Assembly (NCBI GenBank): GCA_051313645.2
Contig: JBNRSN020000166.1
Coordinates: 744,001-808,000, forward strand
Direction: 5' to 3'
Length of the DNA stretch: 64,000 bases
DNA from: Centroscyllium fabricii
Taxonomy: Eukaryota
The translations under genes were made by a program, and so were the position numbers. Of this stretch, positions 11,620 to 25,715 are shown one piece after another. The notes below the pieces were generated by a model. The model did no database searches and was not told the origin of the DNA. It saw only the letters and a list, made by a program, of their open reading frames with translations. Numbering within the stretch: position 1 is the first letter of the stretch; every line of letters starts with the position of its first letter.

Positions 11620-14600
11620 CAGTGACAGTGTGTCTAATAACTGAAATCAGTGACTGTATGTCTAATAACTGAAATCAGTGACAGTGTGTCTAATAGCTGA
11701 AATCACTGACAGCGTGTCTAATAACAAAACTAGGGACAGTGTGTCTAATAACTGAAATCAGTGACAGTGTGTCTAATAACTGAAATCAGTGACTGTATGC
11801 CTAATAACTGAAATCAGTGACTGTATGTCTAATAACTGAAATCAGTGACAGTGTGTCTAACAACTGAAATCAGTGACTGTCTGTCTAATAACTGAATCAG
11901 TGGACTGTATGTCTAATAACTGAAATCAGTGATTATGTCTAATAACTGAAATCAGTGACAGTGTGTCTAATAACTGCAATCAGTGACTGTATGTCTAATA
12001 ACTGAAATCAGTGACTGTATGTCTAATAACTGAAATCAGTGACTGTGTGTCTAATAACCAAACTAGTGACAGTGTGTCTAATAACAGAAATCAGTGACAG
12101 TGTGTCTTATAACAGAAATCAGTGACTGTATGTCTAATAACTGAAATCAGTGACTCTGTCTAATAACTGAAATCAGTGACTGTATGTCTAATAACTGAAA
12201 TCAGTGACAGTGTGTCTAATAACTGAAATCAGTGACTGTCTGTCTAATAACAGAAATCAGTTACTGTATGTCTAATAACTGAAATCAGTGATTATGTCTA
12301 ATAACTGAAATCAGTGACAGTGTGTCTAATAACTGAAATCAGTGACTGTATGTCTAATAACTGAAATCAGTGACTGTATGTCTAATAACTGAAATCAGTG
12401 ACAGTGTGTCTAATAACTGAAATCAGTGACTGTCTGTCTGATAACTGAAATCAGTGAATGTATGTCTAATAACTGAAATCAGTGATTATGTCTAATAACA
12501 GAAATCAGTGACAGTGTGTCTAATAACTGAAATCAGTGACTGTATGTCTAATAACTGAAATCAGTGACTGTATGTCTAATAACTGAAATCAGTGATAGTG
12601 TGTCTAATAACTGAAATCAGTGACTGTCTGTCTAATAACTGAAATCAGTGACAGTGTGTCTAATAACTGAAATCAGTGACTGTATTTCTAATAACTGAAA
12701 TCAGTGACAGTGTGTCTAATAACTGAAATCACTGACAGTGTGTCTAATAAAAAAACTAGGGACAGTGTGCCTAATAACTGAAATCAGTGACTGTGTGTCT
12801 AATAACTGAAATCAGTGACAGTGTGCCTAATAACAGAATTCAGTGACAGTTTGCCTAATAAATGAAATCAGTGACAGTATTTCTAATAACAGAAATCAGT
12901 GACAGTGTGTCTAATAACTGAAATCAGTGACTGTATGTCTAATAACTGAAATCAGTGACAGTGTGTCTAATAACTGAAATCAGTGACAGTGTGTCCAATA
13001 ACTGAAATCAGTGACAGTGTGTCTAATAACTGAAATCAGTGACAGTGTGTCTAATAATTGCAATCAGTGACAGTGTGTCTGATAACTGCAATCAGTGACA
13101 GTGTGTCTAATAACTGGTATCAGTGACAGTGTGTCTAATAACTGAAATCAGTGACAGTGTGTCTAATAACTGAAATCAGTGACAGTGTGTCTAATAACTG
13201 AAATCAGTGACTGTCTGTCTAATAACTGAAATCAGTGACTGTATGTCTAATAACTGAAATCAGTGACAGTGTGTCTAATGACTGAAATCAGTGACAGTGT
13301 GTCTAATAACTGAAATCAGTAACTGTATGTCTAATAAATGAAATCAGTGACTGTATGTCTAATAACTGAAATCAGTGACAGTGTGTCTAATAACTGAAAT
13401 CAGTGACAGTGTGTCTAATAACTGAAATCAGTGACAGTGTGTCTAATAACTGAAATCAATGACAGTGTGTCTAATAACAAAACTAGTGACAGCGTGTCTA
13501 ATTACAGAAATCAGTGACAGTGTGTCTAATAACTGGAATCAGTGACAGTGTGTCTAATAACTGAAATCAGTGACTGTATGTCTAATAGCTGAAATCAGTG
13601 ACAGTGTGTCTAATAACAAAACTAGTGCCAGTGTGGCTAATAACAGAAATCAGTGACTGTATGTCTAATAACTGAAATCAGTGACAGTGTGTCTAATAAC
13701 AGAAATCAGTGACAGTGTGTCTAATTACAAAACTGAGGACAGTGTATTTAATATCTGAAATCAGTGACTGTGTGTCTAATAACTTAAATCAGTGACAGTG
13801 TGTCTAATAACTGAAATCAGTGACTGTATGTCTAATAACTGAAATCAGTGACAGTGTGTCTAATAGCTGAAATCACTGACAGCGTGTCTAATAACAAAAC
13901 TAGGGACAGTGTGTCTAATAACTGAAATCAGTGACAGTGCGTCTAATAACTGAAATCAGTGACTGTATGCCTAATAACTGAAATCAGTGACTGTATGTCT
14001 AATAACTGAAATCAGTGACAGTGTGTCTAATAACAGAAATCAGTGACTGTCTGTCTAATAACTGAATCAGTGGACTGTATGTCTAAAAACTGAAATCAGT
14101 GATTATGTCTAATAACTGATATCAGTGACAGTGTGTCTAATAACTGCAATCAGTGACTGTATGTCTAATAACTGAAATCAGTGACTGTATGTCTAATAAC
14201 TGAAATCAGTGACTGTGTGTCTAATAACCAAACTAGTGACAGTGTGTCTAATAACAGAAATCAGTGACAGTGTGTCTTATAACAGAAATCAGTGACTGTA
14301 TGTCTAATAACTGAAATCAGTGACTCTGTCTAATAACTGAAATCAGTGACTGTATGTCTAATAACTGAAATCAGTGACAGTGTGTCTAATAACTGAAATC
14401 AGTGACTGTCTGTCTAATAACAGAAATCAGTGACTGTATGTCTAATAACTGAAATCAGTGATTATGTCTAATAACTGAAATCAGTGACAGTGTGTCTAAT
14501 AACTGAAATCAGTGACTGTATGTCTAATAACTGAAATCAGTGACTGTATGTCTAATAACTGAAATCAGTGACAGTGTGTCTAATAACTGAAATCAGTGAC

Positions 14601-14730
14601 TGTCTGTCTGATAACTGAAATCAGTGAATGTATGTCTAATAACTGAAATCAGTGATTATGTCTAATAACTGAAATCAGTGACAGTGTGTCTAATAACTGA
14701 AATCAGTGACTGTATGTCTAATAACTGAAA
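11620..14730 (+). repeat. Dispersed block duplication of about 0.9 kb (about 11620-12560 copied at about 13790-14730), offset 2170 bp
   Basis: taatagctgaaatcactgacagcg at 11691/13861; actgaatcagtggactg at 11891/14061; tgactctgtc (26-bp unit) at 12151/14321. Boundaries are approximate. Confidence 0.8.
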
Positions 14731-17640
14731 TCAGTGACTGTATGTCTAATAACTGAAATCAGTGATTATGTCTAATAACAGAAATCAGTGACAGTGTGTC
14801 TAATAACTGAAATCAGTGACTGTATGTCTAATAACTGAAATCAGTGACTGTATGTCTAATAACTGAAATCAGTGATAGTGTGTCTAATAACTGAAATCAG
14901 TGACTGTATGTCTAATAACTGAAATCAGTGACAGTGTGTCTAATAACTGAAATCAGTGACAGTGTGTCTAATTACAAAACTAGGGACAGTGTGCCTAATA
15001 ACTGAAATCAGTGACTGTGTGTCTAATAACTGAAATCAGTGACAGTGTGCCTAATAACAGAATTCAGTGACAGTTTGCCTAATAAATGAAATCAGTGACA
15101 GTGTTTCTAATAACAGAAATCAGTGACAGTGTGTCTAATAACTGAAATCAGTGACTGTATGTCTAATAACCGAAATCAGTGACAGTGTGTCTAATAACCG
15201 AAATCAGTGACAGTGTGTCCAATAACTGAAATCAGTGACAGTGTGTCTAATAACTGAAATCAGTGACAGTGTGTCTAATAATTGCAATCAGTGACAGTGT
15301 GTCTGATAACTGCAATCAGTGACAGTGTGTCTAATAACTGGTATCAGTGACAGTGTGTCTAATAACTGAAATCAGTGACAGTGTGTCTAATAACTTAAAT
15401 CAGTGACTGTATGTCTAATAACTGAAATCAGTGACAGTGTGCCTAATAACTGAAATCAGTGACAGTGTGTCTAATAACTGAAATCAGTGACAGTGTGTCT
15501 AATAACTGAAATCAGTGACAGTATGTCTAATAACTGAAATAAGTGACTGTATGTCTAATAACTGAAATCAGTGACTGTATGTCTAATAACTGAAATCAGT
15601 GACAGTGTGTCTAATAACATAAATCAGTGACAATGTGTCTAATAACTGAAATCAGTGACAGGGTGTCTAGTAACAAAACTAGTGACAGTGTGTCTAATAA
15701 CAGAAATCAGTGACAGTGTGTCTAATAACTGAAATCAGTGACAGTGTGTCTAATAACGGAAATCAGTGACTGTATGTCTAATAACTGAAATCAGTGACAG
15801 TGTGTCTAATAACTGAAACTAGTGACAGTGTGTATAATAACAGAAATCAGTGACAGTGTGTCTAATAACTGAAATCTGTGACAGTATGTCTAATAACTGA
15901 AATCAGTGACTGTATGTCTAATAACAGAAATCGGCGACAGTGTGTCTAATAACCGAAATCAGTGACAGTGTGTCTAATAACTGAAATCAGTGACAGTGTG
16001 TCTAATAACTGAAATCAGTGACAGTATGTCTAATAACTGAAATCAGTGACTGTATGTCTAATAACTGAAATCAGTGACTGTATGTCTATTAACTGAAATC
16101 AGTGACAGTGTGTCTAATAACTGAAATCAGTGACAATGTGTCTAATAACTGAAATCAGTGACAGTGTGTCTAGTAACAAAACTAGTGACAGTGTGTATAA
16201 TAACAGAAATCAGTGACAGTGTGTATAATAACAGAAATCAGTGACAGTGTGTCTAATAACAGAAATCAGTGACAGTGTGTCTAATAACTGAAATCAGTGA
16301 CTGTATGTCTAATAACTGAAATCAGTGACAGTGTGTCTAATAACAAAACTAGTGACAGTGTTTATAATAACAGAAATCAGTGACTGTATGTCTAATAACT
16401 GAAATCAGTGACAGTGTGTCTAATAACTGAAATCAGTGACAGTGTGTCTAATAACTGAAATCAGTGACAGTGTGTCTAATCACTGAAATCAGTGACAGTG
16501 TGTTTAATTACAAAACTAGGGACAGTGTGTCTAATAACTGAAATCAGTGACTGTGTGTGTAATAACTGAAATCAGTGACTGTATGTCTTATAACAGAAAT
16601 CAGGGACAGTGTGTCTAATAACTGAAATCAGAGACTGTCTGTCTAATAACTGAAATCAGTGACAGTGTGTCTAATAACTGAAATCAGTGACTGTATGTCT
16701 AATAACTGATATCAGTGACAGTGTGCCTAATAACTGAAATCACTGACAGTGTGTCTAATAACAAAACTAGGGACAGTGTGTCTAATAACTGAAATCAGAT
16801 ACAGTGTGTCTAATAACTGAAATCAGTGACTGTATGTCTAATAACTGAAATCAGTGATTATGTCTAATAACTGAAATCAGTGGCAGTGTGTCTAATAACT
16901 GAAATCAGTGACTGTATGTCTAATAACTGAAATCAGTGACTGTATGTCTAATAACTGAAATCAGTGACTGTGTGTCTAATAACCAAACTAGTGACAGTGT
17001 GTCTTATAACAGAAATCAGTGACATTGTGTCTAATATCAGAAATCAGTGACTGTATGTCTAATAACTGAAATCAGTGACTGTCTGTCTAATAACTGAAAT
17101 CAGTGACTGTATGTCTAATAACTGAAATCAGTGACAGTGTGTCTAATGACTGAAATCAGTGACAGTGTGTCTAATAACTGAAATCAGTAACTGTATGTCT
17201 AATAAATGAAATCAGTGACTGTATGTCTAATAACTGAAATCAGTGACAGTGTGTCTAATAACTGAAATCAGTGACAGTGTTTCTAATAAATGAAATCAGT
17301 GACAGTGTGTCTAATAACTGAAATCAATGACAGTGTGTCTAATAACAAAACTAGTGACAGCGTGTCTAATTACAGAAATCAGTGACAGTGTGTCTAATAA
17401 CTGAAATCAGTGACAGTGTGTCTAATAACTGAAATCAGTGACTGTATGTCTAATAGCTGAAATCAGTGACAGTGTGTCTAATAACAAAACTAGTGACAGT
17501 GTGGCTAATAACAGAAATCAGTGACTGTATGTCTAATAACTGAAATCAGTGACAGTGTGTCTAATAACAGAAATCAGTGACAGTGTGTCTAATTACAAAA
17601 CTGAGGACAGTGTATATAATATCTGAAATCAGTGACTGTG
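13200..17640 (+). repeat. Dispersed block duplication of about 0.6 kb (about 13200-13790 copied at about 17070-17640), offset 3868 bp
   Basis: cagtAactgtatg (13321/17189) and the rare aaaactGAGgacagtgtat unit (13733/17601) are shared, as is gtgtGGctaa. Confidence 0.75.
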
Positions 17641-19498
17641 TGTCTAATAACTGAAATCAGTGACAGTGTGTCTAATAACAGAAATCAGTGACTGTATGTC
17701 TAATAACTGAAATCAGTGACAGTGTGTCTAATAACAGAAATCAGTGACAGTGTGCCTAATAACTGAAATCAGTGACAGTGTGTTTAATAACATAAATCAT
17801 TGACAGTGTGTATAATAACTGAAATCAATGACTGTGTGTCTTAATAACTGAATTCAGTGACAGTGTGTCTAATAACAGAAATCAGTGAATGTATGTCTAA
17901 TAACTGAAATCAGTGACAGTGTGTCTAATAACAGAAATCAGTGACAGTGTGCTTAATAACTGAAATCACTGACAGTGTGTCTAATAACAAAACTAGGGAC
18001 AGTGTGTCTAATAACTGAAATCAGTGACAGTGTGTCTAATAACTGAAATCAGTGACTGTATGTCTAATAACTGAAGTCAGTGACTGTATGTCTAATAACT
18101 GAAATCAGTGACAGTGTGCCTAATAACTGAAATCAGTGACTGTCTGTCTAATAACTGAAATCAGTGACTGTATGTCTAATAACTGAAATCAGTGATTATG
18201 TCTAATAACTGAAATCAGTGACAGTGTGTCTAATAACTGAAATCAGTGACTGTATGTCTAATAACTGAAATCAGTGACTGTATGTCTAATAACTGAAATC
18301 AGTGACTGTGTGTCTAATAACCAAACTAGTGACAGTGTGTCTAATAACAGAAATCAGTGACAGTGTGTCCAATAACTGAAATCATTGACTGTATGTCTAA
18401 TAATTGAAATCAGTGACTGTCTGTCTAATAACTGAAATCAGTGACTGTATGTCTAATAACTGAAATCAGTGACAGTGTGTCTAATGACTGAAATCAGTGA
18501 CAGTGTGTCTAATAACTGAAATCAGTGACTGTATGTCTAATAACTGAAATCAGTGACTGTATGTCTAATAACTGAAATCAGTGACAGTGTGTCTAATAAC
18601 TGAAATCAGTGACAGTGTGTCTAATAACTGAAATCAGTGACAGTGTGTCTAATAACTGAAATCAATGACAGTGTGTCTAATAACAAAACTAGTGACAGCG
18701 TGTCTAATAACAGAAATCAGTGACAGTGTGTCTAATAACTGAAATCAGTGACAGTGTGTCTAATAACTGAAATCAGTGACCGTATGTCTAATAGCTGAAA
18801 TCAGTGACAGTGTGTCTAATAACAAAACTAGTGACAGTGTGTCTAATTACAAAACTGGGGACAGTGTATCTAATATCTGAAATCAGTGACAGTGTGTCTA
18901 ATAACTGAAATCAGTGACAGTGTGTCTAATAACATAAATCAGTGACTGTATGTCTAATAACTGAAATCAGTGACAGTGTGTCTAATAACAGAAATCAGTG
19001 ACAGTGTGCCTAATAACTGAAATCAGTGACAGTGTGTTTAATAACATAAATCAGTGACAGTGTGTATAATAACTGAAATCAGTGACTGTGTGTCTTAATA
19101 ACTGAATTCAGTGACAGTGTGTCTAATAACAGAAATCAGTGACTGTATGTCTAATAACTGAAATCAGTGACAGTGTGTCTAATAACAGAAATCAGTGACA
19201 GTGTGCTTAATAACCGAAATCATTGACAGAGTGTCTAATAACATAAATCAGTGACAGTGTGTCTAATAACTGAAATCAGTGACTGTATATCTAATAACTG
19301 AAATCAGTGACAGTGTATCTAATAACTGAAATCAGTGACAGTGTGTCCAATAACTGAAATCAGTGACAGTGTGTCTAATAAATGAAATCAGTGACAGTGT
19401 GTCTAATAATTGCAATCAGTGACAGTGTGTCCAATAACTGCAATCAGTGACAGTGTGTCTAATAACTGCAATCAGTGACAGTGTGTCTAATAACTGGT

Positions 19499-22400
19499 AT
19501 CAGTGACAGTGTGTCTAATAACTGAAATCAGTGACAGTGTGTCTAATAACCGAAATCAGTGACAGTATGTCTAATAACTGAAATCAGTGACTGGATGTCT
19601 AATAACTGAAATCAGTGAAAATGTGTCTAATAACTGAAATCAGTGACAGTGTATCTAATACCTGAAATCAGTGACAGTGTGTCTAATAACTGAAATCAGT
19701 GACAGTGATCTAATAACTGAAATCACTGACAGTGTGTCTAATAACTTAAATCAGTGACTGTATGTCTAATAACTGAAATCAGTGACTGTCTGTCTAATAA
19801 CTGAAATCAGTGACAATGTGTCTAATAACAAAAAATAGGGACAGTGTGTCTAATAACTGAAATCAGTGACAGTGTGTCTAATAACTGAAATCAATGACTG
19901 TATGTCTAATAACTGAAATCAGTGACTGTATGTCTAATAACTGAAATCAGTGACAGTGTGTCCAATAATTGAAATCAGTGACTGTCTGTCTGATAACTTA
20001 AATCAGTGAATGTATGTCTAATAACTGACATCAGTGATTATGTCTAATAACTGAAATCAGTGACAGTGTGTCTAATAACTGAAATCAGTGACTGTATGTC
20101 TAATAACTGAAATCAGTGACTGTATGTCTAATAACTGAAATCAGTGACTGTGTGTCTAATAACCAATCTAGTGACAGTGTGTCTAATAACAGAAATCAGT
20201 GACAGTGTGTCTAATAACAGAAATCAGTGACTGTATGTCTAATAACTGAAATCAGTGACTGTCTGTCTAATAACTGAAATCAGTGACTGTATGTGTAATA
20301 ACTGAAATCAGCGACAGTCTGTCTAATAACTGAAAACAGTGACAGTGTGTCTAATAACTGAAATCAGTGACTGTATGTCTAATAACTGAAATCAGTGACT
20401 GTATGTCTAATAATTGAAATCAGTGACAGTGTGTCTAATAACTGAAATCAGTGACAGTGTGTCTAATAACTGAATCAGTGACAGTGTGTCTAATAACTGA
20501 AATCAGTGACTGTATGTCTAATAACTGAAATCATTGACTGTATGTCTAATAACTGAAATCAGTGACTATGTCTAATAACTGAAATCAGTGACAGTGTGTT
20601 TAATAACTGAAACCACTGACAGTGTGTCTAATAACAAAACTAGGGACAGTGTGTCTAATAACTGAAATCAGTGACAGTGTGTCTAATAACTGAAATCAGT
20701 GACGGTATGTCTAATAACTGAAATCAGTGACTGTATGTCTAATAACTGAAATCAGTGACAGTGTGTCTAATAACTGAAATCAGTGACTGTCTGTCTAATA
20801 ACTGAAATCAGTGACTGTATGTCTAATAACTGAAATCAGTGATTATTTCTAATAACTGAAATCAGTGACAGTGTGTCTAATAACTGAAATCAGTGACCGT
20901 ATGTCTAATAACTGAAATCAGTGACTGTATGTCTAATAACTGAAATCAGTGACTGTGTGTCTAATAACCAAACTAATGACAGTGTGTCTAATAACAGAAA
21001 TCAGTGACAGTGTGTCTAATAACAGAAATCAGTGACTGTATGTCTAATAAATGAAATCAGTTACTGTCTGTCTAATAACTGAAATCAGTGACTGTATGTC
21101 TAATAAATGAAATCAGTGACAGTGTGTCTAATGACTGAAATCATTGACAGTGTGTCTAATAACTGAAATCAGTGACTGTATGTCTAACAACTGAAATCAG
21201 TGACTGTATGTCTAATAACTGAAATCAGTGACAGTGTGTCTAATAACTGAAATCCGTGACAGTGTTTCTAATAACTGAAATCAGTGACAGTGTGTCTAAT
21301 AACAGAAATCAGTGACAGTGTGTCTAATAACAAAACTATTGACAGCGTGTCTAATAACAGAAATCAGGGACAGTGTGTCTAATAACTGAAATCAGTGACA
21401 GTGTGTCTAATGACTGAAATCAGTGACTGTCTGTCTAATAGCTGAAATCAGTGACAGTGTGTCTAATAACAAAACTAGTGACAGTGTGTCTAATAACAGA
21501 AATCAGTGACTGTATGTCTAATAACTGAAATCAGTGACATTGTGTCAAATAACAGAAATCTGTGACAGTGTGTCTAATTACAAAACTAGGGACAGTGTGT
21601 CTAATAACTGAAATCCGTGACTGTGTGTCTAATAACTGAAATCAGTGACAGTGTGTCTAATAACAGAAATCAATGACTGTATGTCTAATAACTGAAATCA
21701 GTGACTGTGTTTATAATAACAGAAATCAGTGACAGTGTGCCTAATAACTGAAATCAGTGACAGTGTGTCTAATAACATAAATCAGTGACAGTGTGTCTAA
21801 TAACTGAAATCAGTGACTGTATGTCTAATAACTGAAATCAGTGACAGTGTGTCTAATAACTGAAATCATTGACAGTGTGTCTAATTACAAAACTAGGGAC
21901 AGTGTGTCTAATAACTGAAATCAGTGACTGTGTGTCTAATAACTGCAATCAGTGACAGTGTGTTTAATAACAGAAATCAGTGACTGTATATCTAATAACT
22001 GAATTCAGTGACAGTGTGTCTAATAACTGAAATAAGTGACAGTGTGCCTAATAACTGAAATCAGTGACAGTGTGTCTAATAACAGAAATCAGTGACAGTG
22101 TGTCTAATGACTGAAATCAGTGACTGTATATCTAATAAATGAAATCAGTGACAGTGTATCTAATAACTGAAATCAGTGACAGTGTGTCCAATAACTGAAA
22201 TCAGTGACAGTGTGTCTAATAACTGAAATCAGTGACAGTGTGTCTAAAAATTGCAATCAGTGACACTGTGTCAAATAACAGAAATCAGTGGCAGTGTGTC
22301 TAATAACTGCAATCAGTGACAGTGTGTCTAATAACTGGTATCAGTGACAGTGTGTCTAATAACTGAAATCAGTGACAGTGTGTCTAATAACTGAAATCAG

Positions 22401-25400
22401 TGACAGTATGTCAAATAACTGAAATCAGTGACTGTATGTCTAATAACTGAAATCAGTGACTGTCTGTCTAATAACTGAAATCAGTGACTACGTCTAATAA
22501 CTGAAATCAGTGACAGTGTGTCTAATAACTGAAATCACTGACAGTGTGTCTAATAACAAAACTAGGGACAGTGTGTCTAATAACTGAAATCAGTGACAGT
22601 GTGTCTAATAACTGAAATCAGTGACAGTGTGTCTAATAACCGAAATCAGTGACAGTATGTCTAATAACTGAAATCAGTGACTGGATGTCTAATAACTGAA
22701 ATCAGTGAAAATGTGTCTAATAACTGAAATCAGTGACAGTGTATCTAATACCTGAAATCAGTGACAGTGTGTCTAATAACTGAAATCAGTGACAGTGATC
22801 TAATAACTGAAATCACTGACAGTGTGTCTAATAACTTAAATCAGTGACTGTATGTCTAATAACTGAAATCAGTGACTGTCTGTCTAATAACTGAAATCAG
22901 TGACAATGTGTCTAATAACAAAAAATAGGGACAGTGTGTCTAATAACTGAAATCAGTGACAGTGTGTCTAATAACTGAAATCAATGACTGTATGTCTAAT
23001 AACTGAAATCAGTGACTGTATGTCTAATAACTGAAATCAGTGACAGTGTGTCCAATAATTGAAATCAGTGACTGTCTGTCTGATAACTTAAATCAGTGAA
23101 TGTATGTCTAATAACTGACATCAGTGATTATGTCTAATAACTGAAATCAGTGACAGTGTGTCTAATAACTGAAATCAGTGACTGTATGTCTAATAACTGA
23201 AATCAGTGACTGTATGTCTAATAACTGAAATCAGTGACTGTGTGTCTAATAACCAATCTAGTGACAGTGTGTCTAATAACAGAAATCAGTGACAGTGTGT
23301 CTAATAACAGAAATCAGTGACTGTATGTCTAATAACTGAAATCAGTGACTGTCTGTCTAATAACTGAAATCAGTGACTGTATGTGTAATAACTGAAATCA
23401 GCGACAGTCTGTCTAATAACTGAAAACAGTGACAGTGTGTCTAATAACTGAAATCAGTGACTGTATGTCTAATAACTGAAATCAGTGACTGTATGTCTAA
23501 TAATTGAAATCAGTGACAGTGTGTCTAATAACTGAAATCAGTGACAGTGTGTCTAATAACTGAATCAGTGACAGTGTGTCTAATAACTGAAATCAGTGAC
23601 TGTATGTCTAATAACTGAAATCATTGACTGTATGTCTAATAACTGAAATCAGTGACTATGTCTAATAACTGAAATCAGTGACAGTGTGTTTAATAACTGA
23701 AACCACTGACAGTGTGTCTAATAACAAAACTAGGGACAGTGTGTCTAATAACTGAAATCAGTGACAGTGTGTCTAATAACTGAAATCAGTGACGGTATGT
23801 CTAATAACTGAAATCAGTGACTGTATGTCTAATAACTGAAATCAGTGACAGTGTGTCTAATAACTGAAATCAGTGACTGTCTGTCTAATAACTGAAATCA
23901 GTGACTGTATGTCTAATAACTGAAATCAGTGATTATTTCTAATAACTGAAATCAGTGACAGTGTGTCTAATAACTGAAATCAGTGACCGTATGTCTAATA
24001 ACTGAAATCAGTGACTGTATGTCTAATAACTGAAATCAGTGACTGTGTGTCTAATAACCAAACTAATGACAGTGTGTCTAATAACAGAAATCAGTGACAG
24101 TGTGTCTAATAACAGAAATCAGTGACTGTATGTCTAATAAATGAAATCAGTTACTGTCTGTCTAATAACTGAAATCAGTGACTGTATGTCTAATAAATGA
24201 AATCAGTGACAGTGTGTCTAATGACTGAAATCATTGACAGTGTGTCTAATAACTGAAATCAGTGACTGTATGTCTAACAACTGAAATCAGTGACTGTATG
24301 TCTAATAACTGAAATCAGTGACAGTGTGTCTAATAACTGAAATCCGTGACAGTGTTTCTAATAACTGAAATCAGTGACAGTGTGTCTAATAACAGAAATC
24401 AGTGACAGTGTGTCTAATAACAAAACTATTGACAGCGTGTCTAATAACAGAAATCAGGGACAGTGTGTCTAATAACTGAAATCAGTGACAGTGTGTCTAA
24501 TGACTGAAATCAGTGACTGTCTGTCTAATAGCTGAAATCAGTGACAGTGTGTCTAATAACAAAACTAGTGACAGTGTGTCTAATAACAGAAATCAGTGAC
24601 TGTATGTCTAATAACTGAAATCAGTGACATTGTGTCAAATAACAGAAATCTGTGACAGTGTGTCTAATTACAAAACTAGGGACAGTGTGTCTAATAACTG
24701 AAATCCGTGACTGTGTGTCTAATAACTGAAATCAGTGACAGTGTGTCTAATAACAGAAATCAATGACTGTATGTCTAATAACTGAAATCAGTGACTGTGT
24801 TTATAATAACAGAAATCAGTGACAGTGTGCCTAATAACTGAAATCAGTGACAGTGTGTCTAATAACATAAATCAGTGACAGTGTGTCTAATAACTGAAAT
24901 CAGTGACTGTATGTCTAATAACTGAAATCAGTGACAGTGTGTCTAATAACTGAAATCATTGACAGTGTGTCTAATTACAAAACTAGGGACAGTGTGTCTA
25001 ATAACTGAAATCAGTGACTGTGTGTCTAATAACTGCAATCAGTGACAGTGTGTTTAATAACAGAAATCAGTGACTGTATATCTAATAACTGAATTCAGTG
25101 ACAGTGTGTCTAATAACTGAAATAAGTGACAGTGTGCCTAATAACTGAAATCAGTGACAGTGTGTCTAATAACAGAAATCAGTGACAGTGTGTCTAATGA
25201 CTGAAATCAGTGACTGTATATCTAATAAATGAAATCAGTGACAGTGTATCTAATAACTGAAATCAGTGACAGTGTGTCCAATAACTGAAATCAGTGACAG
25301 TGTGTCTAATAACTGAAATCAGTGACAGTGTGTCTAAAAATTGCAATCAGTGACACTGTGTCAAATAACAGAAATCAGTGGCAGTGTGTCTAATAACTGC

Positions 25401-25715
25401 AATCAGTGACAGTGTGTCTAATAACTGGTATCAGTGACAGTGTGTCTAATAACTGAAATCAGTGACAGTGTGTCTAATAACTGAAATCAGTGACAGTATG
25501 TCAAATAACTGAAATCAGTGACTGTATGTCTAATAACTGAAATCAGTGACTGTCTGTCTAATAACTGAAATCAGTGACTACGTCTAATAACTGAAATCAG
25601 TGACAGTGTGTCTAATAACTGAAATCACTGACAGTGTGTCTAATAACAAAACTAGGGACAGTGTGTCTAATAACTGAAATCAGTGACAGTGTGTCTAATA
25701 ACTGAAATCAGTGAC
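19499..25715 (+). repeat. Apparently perfect tandem duplication, period 3090 bp (19499-22625 = 22589-25715)
   Basis: Private variants recur at exactly +3090, for example ctGgatg (19591/22681) and gactaCgtc (22491/25581), plus gtgaAaatgtg, aataCctga, cagtgATcta, ctgaCatc, gaCGgtat and gattatTtc. The match breaks at 19497-8/22587-8 and at 22626/25716. Confidence 0.93.
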
